Origin: Azolla caroliniana
Taxonomy: Eukaryota > Plantae > Polypodiophyta
NCBI GenBank assembly: GCA_043228905.1
Contig: JBHGNT010000004.1
Span: forward strand, 17,918,001 to 17,982,000
Reading direction: 5' to 3'
DNA length: 64,000 bases
The first letter of the stretch is position 1. Every line of letters starts with the position of its first letter. Positions 51,076 to 64,000 of the stretch are shown piece by piece. The notes beneath the pieces were generated by a model. The model made no database searches, had not been told where the DNA came from, and was given only the letters and a program-made list of their open reading frames with translations. A program made the position numbers and the translations under genes.

Positions 51076-53379
51076 TACTCATAGGTATAAGAACATAACC
51101 AAAAGCAAAATTATAAAATCATAGTATAAAAATTGCATAATGCTTAATCACATACCATAGGAGTGTACTTTCAAACCCCAAGCTAAGCACATATACATTC
51201 CAGAATATTCTAGAGCCTTTAATGTATTCTAGAAATATTCTATGGTGTATTCTAGATGGGTAGATTCTAGAGATATTTATCAGGTATATTCTAGAGATAC
51301 TCAATCTCAAAACTTGTATAAAAACTTGTAACCTCCTTAGTCCCTTTGAAAGGATTCAACGCCAATCATTGACACATCAATCTAGTATTCTCATTTCATT
51401 CCATCTTGTCTCCTTCTTCGTCTCTGTCTTCATGCTCTTGTGTCATTCCTAGCTTCTTAAGTTCCACGCTCTTAGCCCCATTATCCATGCTCCATCTGAG
51501 TCCATGGTTGGTGTGTCCATGACATAAGAGCATCGAGGGAAATCGGATGACGAAGACTCTCCAGCTCTCCCAATCTAATTATATCCGAAAAGTGTTGAGC
51601 CAATTCAACATGGGGAATGCAAAGTCGACACCGAATCTGCTCCCAACATCAACACGACTAAAGGAGAGAGAATCTCCTTTGACCAACAAGGAGAGAGCGC
51701 TTAATGGAAATTTAACCTATGCATCGGCCGTAGGAAGTATCATGTATGCAATGGTGGCGACCTAACCTGACCTTGCATATGTCATAGGGATCGTTAGTCA
51801 GTACATGTCGAATCCAAGACGAAAGCATTGGGAGGTGGTCAAGCACATCTTCAGATATCTGCAAGGAACTGAAGATGCACAACTAGCTTTTGGATCGGCA
51901 AATCCGACCAAAGTCAAAGGTTGTACAAACTCCGACTATGCCAAAAATCTAGACAATCTGAAGTCAACTTCTAGATATATATTCACCTATGGCAGTGGCG
52001 CCATATCATGGAGGTCGAAACTACAAGAGTGCACGGCCCTATCCACCACATAGGCCGAGTACATTTCCACATTAGAAGAAGTAAAGGAAGCAATCAGGTG
52101 CACCGACTGTCAGCCAATTTTTCGGCAACAAGCTGAATCGACCATCCAACACCGACCATCTACTGCAACTCACTGGCGCAATACACCTCCTTCGGAACCC
52201 AGTCTATCATGCGAAGAAGAAACACATTGAGATGAGGTTTCATAATATCCATGAGCTCATAATGGAGAAGAAGCTCGAAGTTCGAAAGATAGATACCAAG
52301 GTGAACATATTTGATTGCCTAACTAAGCCACTTCCAGAACAACGTTTCGAAGCACTAAGGAACACAATGGACTACGACTAGTGACCGCGCAGAAGAAAGC
52401 CAAACAAACAAAACAACAAGAAAATTGAAGATTGGCTTGGCCGGACAAGCCAAAAAAGCAAAGTCAAAGGAGCCAGAATGCCTAGGAGCTAAAGACGCAG
52501 CACTAAGTGAGGATGTTGATCGATAGGCGAGCAACGCCGAAGATAGATCAAGGACCCAACGAGAAGCACAAGTGTTGGCTCGAGTTGGAAGTAGACGATC
52601 GACTAGATGCCGGGAGTCGGAATCGGACACGAGCTGATCCGAACAAACGAGTCGATTCGGACGAAAATCGATCTGAATCAGTCGATCTGACCGACTCAGA
52701 CAAGCCAACCCGGACGACATACGATCCGGATGACTAGCCAAACTAGGTTGAATCCCAACTTTACCTCTACAGATTAGGCCGAATGCCAACTGCCTTGTAT
52801 GCATACAATTGTAACTTAAATAGATTGAAATTGTAATTTAGGTTTATTGGGGAGATAACCCCAACTATTAGTATACATTGGAAGAGTAGCCCTTTTATGG
52901 GGGAGTTTGTTGGCATAAAAGGTCGACTCCTTTCACATTGTATCTCTAAGTGTAAACACATCCTCAAGTTAGGGTTGAATCTGTATATATATGCTCAAAT
53001 GTAACATTGTAAGAAAGTGAGTTACAGAAGAGAAATACAGTCTTCCATTAGAGCTTCAATTGTGCATCTTGTTTCTTACTTTCCTTCATACATTGCACAT
53101 TCTACTTCTCTATCTTGTACTTGTTGTTTGTTTGACACTAACTTGTAGGTCCTCACATATTCTTCTACATATCATCCTCAATAGTTATGGGGCGTCCATC
53201 AATGAATTCGATAGACACAGGGTTTGGGAGCTTATGCAACTGAATACTATGCATTACAACGAACTCATGATCCATGAAACAAGAGTTGACTCCAAATTCT
53301 AAGAGGGCAAAAGTTGGGAGTTGATGGCATCTATATGTGTTAAGCTCAACTTGTGTAGAGAAAACTCGACTAACTTAAC

Positions 53380-53940
53380 CAAATGAAATGGAACCACTAA
53401 TAGGGATGGACGTTATATGCATAGGGTTGTCCAACCAAATGGCTCTGATTTTGGCCGGGCTTACTCGTTTAACACATCGTCTAATTGGCTCAAGACATCA
53501 AATGTATTTTTATGACAGGGCCTACAAGGCCTACTTAGGTTTATGTGAACAAGTCACAACTATATGTCCTAGACCACCACAATATAGGCATAGACAATTG
53601 GCTTGACGTCATTGCTTTTCAGCATCCGATAATGGTCCTCAATGTCTTGTTGTCTCGATTTCCATTGGAGTGGGGCCTTCCATTAAACTTGGCTTTGACA
53701 CTTGTAGTGCAACTATGGCCACTGAAGCAATATTTCTGTTGTTCAGAAGCGTAACATTTGTTGGCGTTTAGAATGCCACTCAAATAAGCGATTGTGACAT
53801 CACACGACTTATTGCTTCAGTAAGAGATTTTGGATCATCATGGAAGGTAAGAAGTAAATACTTCACATCGTTGCGCAGACCTTCTCAAAATTGGGTCATT
53901 AACGTCGCCTTGTCCCATGGAATATCACATGCTAGGAGGC
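53380..53940 (-). mobile_element. Remnant of a related chromovirus gag and gag-pol junction
   Basis: Aligns by eye with 46530-47170, including the frameshift signal. Confidence 0.75.
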
Positions 53941-56904
53941 GATCATATGGCCTTAAATATATAGGGCTTATATTAATTCATAATTCTAAAGAATTATCTT
54001 TCTTACATTAAATTAGACAACTATATGATATGGTCCAATTATTCGAGCGTCCGTAACTTGATCTTTGAACGTCTAATTTACACATTTTTCCTCTAACGAG
54101 CCCCTTATCATTAAGCGTAGTAGTTGGTCTTGAAATTCCACCAAATTTACATCATGAAATGTGAACTTCACAACAATGCATTATTAGTTGTTGATCTACC
54201 TTTCACTTTTCTCCATGGCATTGCATATAGTGATTCATGTGCATCCTAATGTTGTATCTTACCTTGCCCTTGCTCTTAGTTGTTTTTCCTTTGAGAGCAA
54301 GGAGTTTATGATAGTCTTCATTAATGAGAACAGAGAGAAAGTTCTAGCATTGGTTCCTCTTGCATCTTACTTAGCAGTCAACTTTATCGAAAGTTTCCAA
54401 GGTTTGTCTTGGCTCAAGTTAGAAATGTTGTGAAGTGTTTGAGAAACCTCTATCATTGTGTTGCATGAATGAAAAATAGTCACGTGATAAATTTGATTTG
54501 CATTTGGTTAATCAAAAGATATGGTGAAGGGGACATACATACATTGTTGAATGATAAACATAAAATGTAATTGTAATTCAAAAATGTTTAAGAGTGTTCA
54601 AATTCAATCAATGAGGAAATCCCTTCAATGGGGAGACGCCTAAAACCAACCAACAACAAAGTTGCTCAAATTGTGATCTACTAGAAAATTGTTTCTCAAC
54701 AAGCTACGCAATTTATGAAATCCTAGGATGAGTGATTCAATAAATTAAGATAATCATTACAAGCCCAACCAATCCTTAAAATAAAGAAACTGAACATGCC
54801 TTGATAGAGAATCATCAATCTTCTAGCAAGAGAGTCACCTTGAAACATGTTCCCTATTATATCAAGTAAGTATTCATATGTAGCATACCATATGAACAAT
54901 AATCATTGTTTGCAAGTCAATTATAATGATTGTATGTTCATTGTGGGTTATTTACAAGCCACAGACCCACAAGCCATCCATGAGTGAAGTTCCTACATAG
55001 GAACATCTCTAGGATATTTGAGGGTATTTTTTAAATAAAGAAATGTGGTTGTATTAAAATTCAGCATAATTGGTAGATGGTTTACAAACCAAAAGCATTT
55101 GAATTCTTCCTCTTCATGTATGTTTATGCCATATAGCAAAATGGAACATTAACTCTCGCAAAGTACGGTGCAAATATTGTCCTTCCAAAGACGAAGTGTG
55201 AGCCAATCAACAGTTACAAATTGAAGTGGAACTAAGGAGACATTTCGTCCCTCATGCCACATAGAATTCTAAGGTTTGGACTAACTTTTTCTCATGTTTT
55301 TATACAATGATCACCAATGTTATGAGCTTCTCCATATAAGATTGTATATTTTGTTGTCTATTATTTTATTGTAGTTGAGCCAATTCCACTCCTCATATAT
55401 CATCCTGCAATGGCCAGCCCAATAATCTTAGTTGAGAAATCTTACTTAAGAAACATTCTAGCAATTTAGAGGGTGGTTAATTTAGAAACAAGAAATAAAC
55501 AATGATCCATTTAACTAAAATAAATAGGTGTCTGCATTTTATTTTATTAGCAAAAAGGTGTAAATATTTAAAATAAGTTGTCAATATGTGAATGAATGGT
55601 TGATTGTGTATATGTTAATTACAATCCAATAACTAATTACTCCAATTCCTTTCTAAACTTATTTTCATTAGCCTTGGATCGAAGAGAGAGGTTAGGTTCC
55701 TTGACGCTAAATAAGTGATTTAATTCCCACCACAGATATGGTGTGAAGATTGCTCGACGACAACATTAAGTTTATGTTGCTAAAGGTTGAACCCAATGTC
55801 CTTTCCTTTCTTCTGAGACAAAAAAGCAGTTGAGACAAATTGCCTACGGTGTCGATGCACTTTTTTCTGCTCTTTCTTGGTTGATTTAAATGCTGTCCTA
55901 AAACTGGCATGAGAAATGAAGTTCATCAACCAACTCTTGTAGAGCATTTACTATTGTATGCATATGAGGTTGTCCTAAAAAAAGGGTAGTCTTTGTTGGC
56001 CTCTTGTTGCATTGAGTCTTGACAATAAATGAAACCTTTTCAATTTATGACAAAAGCAACTAAACCCTAATAAAGACCTAAATTTTGTTTCTTCTCCAAA
56101 AACTATACATAATATAGATTATATTCTCCACATACCCCTAACATTTTAACAAATTACCCTACTACCCCTAAGTTACTTCCAATTACACCTTATCCTTGCT
56201 TTTTTGAGTTTAGTTTGGGTTGTACTTCCTTAGGTGCATTTTGGGTTATCTAAATCTTGGGGTTTTTTGGGGGGTTTAGTACCTTACTTGTCAACATGCA
56301 AAACTCTTTTATCTACTCATAATTATACATTCTCTCTAATCGAGGAACACAATTATGATTATGGGAATCTCTTGGAATACTTACTTTATGTTTCTATTTA
56401 TTTCGTTGAATTTCCATGAGTTTTCACTAATGATGGTAGTCAATCCCCCAAAACGAAAAAAGCGAAAGTTCTAGCTTCTAGGATTGTCTATGTCTCTCTA
56501 TCTTACTTATGCGCAATGTGTCCCTCTCCACTATTATTTTCTCCCTTTAATTTGGTTGAAGAAATTCCATATCATAGCGAAGCGATTGGCTTCGAGTTGA
56601 TGGATGATGTTTGACAAAACAATGAAAAGGTAGGGGGGGGAACAAATTTATATAGGATGTGTGCCAATGTCTCTTATCTTCAAGAACATATGCCTAATCT
56701 GTTATTAAATTTTCGTATGATGAAACCTAGTCCGGTGCCAATGCATATTAGGTAGGCGATTCACATCGTCAAGAAGGTAGATTATGTATGCTATTCATGC
56801 ATTAAGAAGTGTGGGGTTCAATATTACTTACTACTACGACTAAGTGGTATGGATGGCTTGTTGTGGGCGTTAAGTTAGTTAGTAAGTTGGGTTATGGGAG
56901 GACG

Positions 56905-56907
<3 letters not shown>

Positions 56908-56945
<38 letters not shown>

Positions 56946-58310
56946 TACACATAGACATACGTACGTACGTACATACGTACATACATACATACATACATAC
57001 ATACACACACACACATAAATGGATGCATGCATACACACACACACATACATGCATGCATTCACAATGATACACACATACATAAAGAGAAGAGGAGTGGGAC
57101 AGGGATTGGGCCCCACATGATCATCATCATCATCATCATCATCATCATTATCAGGAAGGTATATTTTGTTTGGAAAAAAAGAGGCTATTTTTTTTTTTGG
57201 AAAAAACGTGGTTATTGTTTTGTTAAAAAAAAGGTTATTTTATCCAAAAAAAAAAAAGGTTAGTAAAAAATTAAAGTTTTAACTTAAAACGTAAAACATT
57301 AAAATCAAACCTAGAGTTAAAAAATTTCAATAAAATTTAAACTAATATTATTAGTAAAGAATAAAAGGTTTGAAAATATGTATCATTATTAGATGATGAT
57401 ATATTTGTTTTGTTTTGTTAGTTGTTAGTTAACGGTAGGGCCCCTTCCCTCCCAAATGTAGTGAGCCAGCCAGCCATATAGATAGATAGCCTAAGCTAGT
57501 CATGGTTAAATTTAGAGAGGAAATCTCTTTCTTCTTCTTCTTTTTCTTCTTCTTCTTCTTCTTCTTCTTCTTCAGCTGCCATTGACCCTGCTACTACTTC
57601 CTATGTATGTATGTATGTATGTATGTATGTATGTATGTATGTATGTATGTATGTATGTATGTATGTATGTGTATGGCTTTTATGTTCCTTTACTTTTTGA
57701 GGACAATACTCTGTGGGGGGCTGCTCTCTCTCTCTCTCTCTCTCTCTCTATCATGTATGTATGTATGTATGTATGTATGTATGTATGTATGTATGTATGT
57801 ATGTGTGTGTGTGTTGTGAGAGAGAGACAGAGACAGAGACCTACGAGCCTTCTTCAACTCTCTCTCTCTCTCTGTCATTCGCTCAAAATCACATGCATTT
57901 GCTTCTCCATCCTTCCTTCTTCTTCACCTAAACCGTAGCTAGCAGAAGAAATCACCTCCTCCTCCTCCTCCTCCTCCTCCTCCTCCTCCTCCTCCGTCCT
58001 TTGGAATCATCTCAAACAAACTCTCCTCTCATTTTCCATTTTGGACCACCTTCTTTTTCACCCCATCTTCATTCATCCTTTCTTTCTCCTCCACATTTAT
58101 CTAAATCAGAGCTTCCAAAAATAATCAGAGCTTAAATCAGATTTTAAGCCCAGAGCAGAACGAGCTACCAATCTCTGTCTAATCGCATTATTATTATTAT
58201 TATTCTTACTGCAGCTGATTCTCATTGTGAAGACATTGGATTCTCAACATCATCATCATCATCATCATCATCACCATCACCATCACCATCATAATCATCA
58301 TCACCATAAC
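56908..58310. repeat. Microsatellite-dense region upstream of the P450: (AC)n, (ATAC)n, (CAT)n, (CTT)n, (TATG)n, (CT)n, (CCT)n
   Basis: Read directly from the sequence. Confidence 0.9.
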
Positions 58311-58331
58311 CAGCATTCCCTTGGATTAGCA

Positions 58332-58946
58332 ATGGAGATATGGCGATCAGACGCAGTGGTGGGGAAGCTGGTGATTATGCCCACATGGTGGTGGTGGTGG
58401 TGGTGCGTGCTCCTGTCATCATCATCGGCGGCGGCAGCCATACTGTTCCTCCTCCACCATAGCTTCCTGCAGAAGCAGACGAAGAAGAAGGATGGATCAT
58501 CATCATCATCATCATCATTATCATTATATGGAGGTGGAGATGGAGGTGGAGGCCCGCGGCGCTGGCCCCTGCTGGGTTGCGTGGTGGAGCAGGCCCTCAA
58601 TTTCGACGTCCTCCATGACTGGCTCTTCTCTTACTTCAAACGCATCCCGACCTTCTCTGTCCCCATGGTCTTCATCAACAACACCTTCACTGTCGATCCT
58701 GCCAACATTGAATATATCCTCAAATCCAACTTCAGGAACTATCCCAAGGTATTTCTATTTCTACACTCCCATTCCCCCCTTTTTTTTTCTGTCATAATCC
58801 GCCCCCCCTCCCCCAAAAAACAAAAAATCTGTTTGTTTACGTCTCTAATCCACTGCTTTCATGCCCCTAATCCACCACCTTTTCAATTTTAATCCCATGC
58901 TTAACCTTCACTGATCATCCTTAAACGTTTTTTGTATCAATCTTGC

Positions 58947-58978
<32 letters not shown>

Positions 58979-61900
58979 TTCCCATTTTCTGAATCTTTCG
59001 ATTGATCAAATGAATGTATGAAATGACTGCTACCATTCCATTCCATTAACTAATAATGTTTTGTGTATCTTGCTTGTCTCTCTCACTGTTTCCCATTTTC
59101 TGAATCTTTCAATTGATCAAATGAACGTATGAAATGACTGCTACCATTCCATTCCATTACCTAATAATCCTTACTTAACTTTTTTTGGTATCTATCTTGT
59201 CTCTCTCTCTCTCTCTCTGTTCCCCATTTTCTGAATCTTTCGATTGATCAAATGCATGAATGTATGAAATGACTGCTAACATTCCATTCATTTTCTTGGA
59301 TGATTTTCAGGGAGAGCTCATCCACGAGCGATTCGTGGAGGTTCTGGGGGACGGGATCTTTAATGTGGATGGTGAGAAGTGGATGCGACAGAGGAAAGTG
59401 GCAATCCTTGAGTTCTCCTCCTCCAAACTCAGGGACTACAGCACCCATGCCTACAGGAACCAAGCTCTGAAGCTCATGAACGTTTTACTCACCTCAGTGA
59501 AGGAGAATCGCATTGTGGACATGCAGGTTGGTATGCTAACCCTAAATCCATCCATCCGAATCACACCTAAAATAAGTCACCTGAATCCATAACCAAACCT
59601 AAAATAAATTTGGGGGGGAATTCCCCATTCCATACAAGAAAATGAAGGAATCTCTGACATGAAATAGGGTTTGGATTTTTTGGTCTGGTTTCTCTCTGAC
59701 ATGTGTGTGTGTCTAGGATCTGTTCATGCGATTGACATTGGATTCGATATGCAAGATTGGGTTCGGGGTGGATTTAGGGAGCTTATCTGCAGAGCTCCCG
59801 GAGCTGCCCTTCACGAAAGCTTTCGATGATTCCAACAAGCTCATCATTCGGCGCTATGTGGATTTCACTTGGAAGATCAAGCGCTTCCTCAATGTGGGCA
59901 GTGAAGCCAAGATTCGGGACTGTGTCCGCACCGTCGACGGATTCATCTACAACGTCATCAACACCCGCAGAATGGAATTGAAAGCCGGAGGTGAAGAGGT
60001 GTGTATATTCAAACCTCTGGCATTCCCATGCCCCCCACCCTCCTCCATTTCTCTGCTTGTTTTGCTTTTTCTTTTGCTTTTCTAGTGATTCATGCAAACC
60101 TCTAGTATTCCATGCCCCCCCCCCCCCCCCCCCATTTCTCTGATTCTTTTGCTTTTCTAGTGATTGATGCAAACCTCTAGACATTCTATGCCCCCCATTT
60201 CTCTGCTTCTTTTGCTTTTCCAGTGATTGATGCAAACCTCTAGCATTCCATGCCACCCATTTCTCTGATTGTTTTGCTTTTCTAGTAATTGATGCAAACC
60301 TCTAGCATTCCATGCCACCCATTTCTCTGATTGTTTTGCTTTTCTAGTGATTGATGCAAACCTCTAGCATTCCATGCCCCCCTATTTCTCTGCTTCTTTT
60401 TGCTTTTTATTTTGCTTTTCTAGCCAAACTAGTGATTGATCCTAGCATTAATGGCAGCTCCCAAATTTTTTGCCTTTTCGGTTTCATTCGGCCAAACCAT
60501 TTCTGGACTCCCTCTCTCATTTCCTTCTTTTGTTAATGCTCACAAATGTCTACAGGAGTGAATGGAACTCCTCCTCCTTGTATTAAAGCAAAGACTAGCT
60601 TTCCTTTGTCATTAACTGGGTTTATTATTTGAGGAAACATTCTTTTCCTTTGTCATTAATCAGTTCTTTAGCCAGGCATCCTTTTCTTTCTTGACCCAAT
60701 AACCATCATTAATTCCTTCAACCTGAAAAAGCAGAGGGGAAAGGGGGGCAGCCGCATCTGTTGTGTCTGCTTCATTAAATGATTATCAAACGAATCTGTC
60801 ACCGAAAGATTGATGGCATTTCCTTTCCTCAATCATGAGGACCCGCCTTTCCTTTTCCTTCATTGAGCTGCATTAATGGCGGAACATGGAACGCATTTGT
60901 CACCGAAATGAAACCCTAAATGCACCTCCCACCTAACCTTCCATCATTGATCAGGAAAAGAGGAAAAGTGTAGCTGGTTTTTATCTCTCTTTTTTTCTGG
61001 AAGAACCACCATCTCCTCACGTGACTGTGTGTATTCCAGTGTGGAGGGAGGGTCACATCATTACATTACATTACATTGCTAGCAAACACAGAGGACATCC
61101 ATCCATCTTTACGTGAATCCCCTACATCATCTTTAGGTCCCGTTTGTCGATTCATTTTATTGACTCAAAAGGCCTTCGATTTCAATTGCTCTTTGTCACT
61201 CAAATGCCATGATGGGACCCTTACAATTGCCTTACAATTGAAATTGTATCTACACAGATATGGATCTGTTCATTGGAAGAATGGATCATCCATATGTGAA
61301 TTGAAATTTTATCTATACAAATATGGATCTGTTCATTGGAAGAATGGATCATCCATATGTGAATTGAAATTTTATCTATACAAATATGGATCTGTTCATT
61401 GGAAGAATGAATCGTCCATATGTGAATTGGGAAAAGATGATCTAGTGCTTTTTAGGTTTTCATGAGGTATACATTCTCTAAACCATTTATATGTATTTTA
61501 CCCACCATGTTCACATGTGCCCTGTATTGACAAAACCCTAACAGGCAGGCCCTCCGAGTTAATGTCCAAAACAATGGCGTTGTCCTTGATCTCTGGCTCT
61601 TGGGTCACCCAGAGGGTATTTAGAAAAGAAGAAGAAGAGAGACCATGCATTGACCAGGAAACAGAGAGAGGGCCAGAAAAACATGTGACATGTAGGGAAA
61701 AAAGAGAAAGCAATGGGTCAGTTGTTCAGAGGAAGACAAAAAAAGGAATGAAAAGGAAAGAAAGACGCCCCCTTCTTCACCATAAAGAGAGAAGCATGTA
61801 CCCCCCCCCCCCCCCCCCCAATCATTATCCAAAACAGCTTGCTAAATAAACACTTGTGAGATTAATAGCACAAACTAATAAACCATAAAAGCTTGCACAT

Positions 61901-63520
61901 AATCGGAAACCTAAGGTTCCACGCTCTCTTTTAGTTGTGATAGAGGGAGATTGTTTTTTGTTTTGGCTCTTGAAAAGCAGAATTGGGGAAAAAGCTCAAA
62001 AAGCAAAAAAGAGGTTCCACCACCAAACAAAGAAAAGAAAAGAAAGAAAGTTGATGTCCCACCATCATTATCCAAAAAAAAGTTTGCTAAATACCACTAA
62101 TTTAAAGTCACAAATAAGCCTTAAAAGCTTGCATTTAGTCACTCCGGTCTAAAGAATAGGAAACAAAGGCTCCACATACCTTTTGTTTTTTGGTTGTGAT
62201 AGAGAGAAATTAAGTTGATGTCCCACCATCATTATCCAAAAAGCTTGCTAAATACCACTAATTTAAAGTCCCAAATAAGCATTAAAGCTTGCATTTAGTC
62301 ACCTCCGGCTTAAAGAATAGGAAACCCTTTTCTTTTATTTGTTGGCTATTGAAAATTAGATTTAGAAAGCTCAAAATAAAAAAGAGAGCTTCCTATTTTG
62401 TGGGAAACAGAGGAGATTGTAACTTTACTTTAAGCTACCAAAGTTATGACATCTTTTAAACGTTTTTTTGGGAGACATAGGCCAAAGAATTCGAACAAAT
62501 TTTCTTGTTTTTTTTTTGCATAGATCAACTAAACAAACCTTCATGTTTTAATCTTAGGAGAATTGGTGGAATATAGTTTTAGTGGATCTTGTATGATATA
62601 AAAAAAGAAAGCATGGTTTTGATTGAAATAAAAAATACACTTACTCATCCATCATTTGTTTTTGTATGTATTCTGATTGAAGTTTTTCTCCTGTTGTGGG
62701 ATGTTCTATATGAGGTAGAGAGTGGATCTGCTCTCCCGTTTCATGACCCTCTCCAATGAAGAAGGGGTGCCTTACAGTGACAAGCAGCTCAGGGATGTGG
62801 TGATCAATTTCATCATAGCAGGAAGAGATACAACTGCCCTCACTCTAAGCTGGCTTTTCTCGATGCTAGCCAAGAGTCCACACGTTGTCGACAACATAGT
62901 GAAAGAGGCAGATAAGATCATAAGTGACATGAAGGAATGTAGCCAAGTGAATGGTAACCATGTAGGATGCAATGATGTCGAGATGGGTGGTTTCTTCCAG
63001 AATCACGATAGTCGCCTTTCAGAAGATATGATCGAGTTCGCTCGGTTGCTCAATTATCAGGCACTTAACCGGATGCACTATTTGCATGCCGCGATTACGG
63101 AGGCATTACGGCTCTATCCTGCAGTGCCCCTTGTAAGTTCAAACACACACTATACATATAACCTTTGTGGCCATTTCTTTTTGTTTTGTTTTGTTTTTGT
63201 TTAACCAAAGGGATATGGGCATATAATGAAATACATGGGGACAATTGGGGACATTCATTCCAATGTTGATGACAATGAGCTCATTGATTCTCTCTTTTTT
63301 TTTATCTTTGTGATGCCAGGAATCCAAAATTGCCGTGTCCAATGATGTGCTCCCCGACGGCACCAAGATCAAAGCGGGGAATTTTGTGAGCTACTCTCCT
63401 TATGCAATGGGAAGATTGGAATCTTTATGGGGTGGCGATGCCTTTGAGTTCAAGCCCGAGAGATGGCTCAAGGATGGTGTATTTCAGCCCACATCCCCCT
63501 TCAAACTCACAGCATTCCAG
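58332..63520 (+). CDS. CYP704B: Cytochrome P450, CYP86 clan, CYP704B-like fatty-acid omega-hydroxylase; 3'-partial (heme-binding exon outside the window)
   Basis: Exons 58332-58748, 59311-59526, 59717-59998, 62719-63132 and 63320-63520 (GT-AG, all phase 0). Motifs GPRRWPLLG..EQ..NFD.LHDW, NFRNYPKG, LGDGIFNVDGEKW, AGRDTT, EALRLYP and FKPERW. Confidence 0.9.
58930..59290. repeat. ~120-bp tandem repeat x3 in P450 intron 1
   Basis: CCCATTTTCTGAATCTTTC.ATTGATCAAATG occurs three times. Confidence 0.85.
60010..60420. repeat. ~57-bp tandem repeat (about 7 copies) in P450 intron 3
   Basis: Repeated TGATGCAAACCTCTAGCATTCCATGCC units. Confidence 0.88.
61236..61430. repeat. 63-bp tandem repeat x3 in P450 intron 3
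   Basis: ATATGGATCTGTTCATTGGAAGAATG occurs three times. Confidence 0.88.
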
Positions 63521-64000
63521 GTTAACACATTCAATTCAATTCAAATGATTTCTAATCGACCACACCATTAGTCTCTCGGAAAAAGTTTCTTTTAAAAAGG
63601 GTGTTTCAGCTGTAATTCCTCCATAATAGCCTCAAAAACTCTTTGACTTGTTTTCCATGTGGGAATGATCCCACCATCCTTCCATGTTTGTTCCTAATCT
63701 GCAATTTGTGGGAATCTTATTTGGGGGATGACTAAAGTTTCTCATAAATTGTATGTTTTCTCACCCAAATGAACTTGAACAACAAAACCCTTATGTTTCT
63801 CTCTATATAGTGTTCCAACATCTCATGCTATTCATCAAATATCTGGACCTATATAGCAAACCTCCCCATCCACAATGGCTTGCATATATTGGAAAGTCTT
63901 TATTGCAAACCCTCTAGCTTCCCTATCATTGATTGTGTTTTGAACATCATGTGATTTCCATATTCCATCCTAGCATTTTCATTCGATTTGGGTTGGTTTG

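Larger units (their letters stand above)
36896..51185. mobile_element. Sola2-like DNA transposon (~8.6 kb excluding the nested chromovirus)
   Basis: Boundaries are defined by interruption of element C's LTR. 4-bp TSD AGCA at 36892-36895 and 51186-51189. Starts with GGG. No convincing TIR at the right end. Confidence 0.65.
36028..51524 (+). mobile_element. Non-autonomous LTR element C; its 3' LTR is split by a Sola2-like transposon
   Basis: 5' LTR 36028-~36407 (partial duplication, lacks U5/PBS), hairpin array 36425-36730, PPT, 3' LTR 36759-36895 plus 51186-51524. The Copia RT frame resumes across it (ILCM|SIE). The TSD is imperfect. Confidence 0.85.
31268..53180 (+). mobile_element. Degenerate Ty1/Copia element (same family as 11616-16733), 5'-truncated, split by elements B and C
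   Basis: Protease WLLDSGATFH (ORF 31401-31649), integrase ~32100-32860, RT 35310-36027 resuming at 51525, RNase H ~51900-52350, PPT GGGGGAGTT, 3' LTR 52908-~53180. Confidence 0.88.

Noticed and set aside
54150-55350. Possible decayed transposase remnant
   Set aside because: No convincing motifs or boundaries.
56809-57938. ORFs made of YVCM/HT/LS repeats
   Set aside because: These are translations of microsatellites, not genes.

Overview
Eukaryotic, intron-containing plant DNA. The codon/intron style, the Tcn1-like chromovirus and the CYP704B gene suggest a seed-free land plant such as a fern; that assignment is inference. About 54 kb is a nested transposable-element field: three Copia elements, a hAT, an L1-like LINE fragment, a gag-protease Gypsy, an intact-structured chromovirus, three non-autonomous LTR elements and two Sola-like DNA transposons. 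One host gene follows, a CYP704B-like P450 from 58332 that runs off the right edge. Main highlight: a TIR/TSD-bounded Sola1-like transposon (19068-26755) carries, divergent from its transposase, a six-exon ~968-codon cargo gene. That gene fuses a ParB-like domain to a prokaryote/phage-type beta-class N6A/N4C DNA methyltransferase. Second highlight: a group of related LTRs begins with different antisense tRNA-like modules, and two elements with intact PBSs show covarying Tf1-type self-priming sites. All calls come from reading the sequence by eye; no database searches were run.
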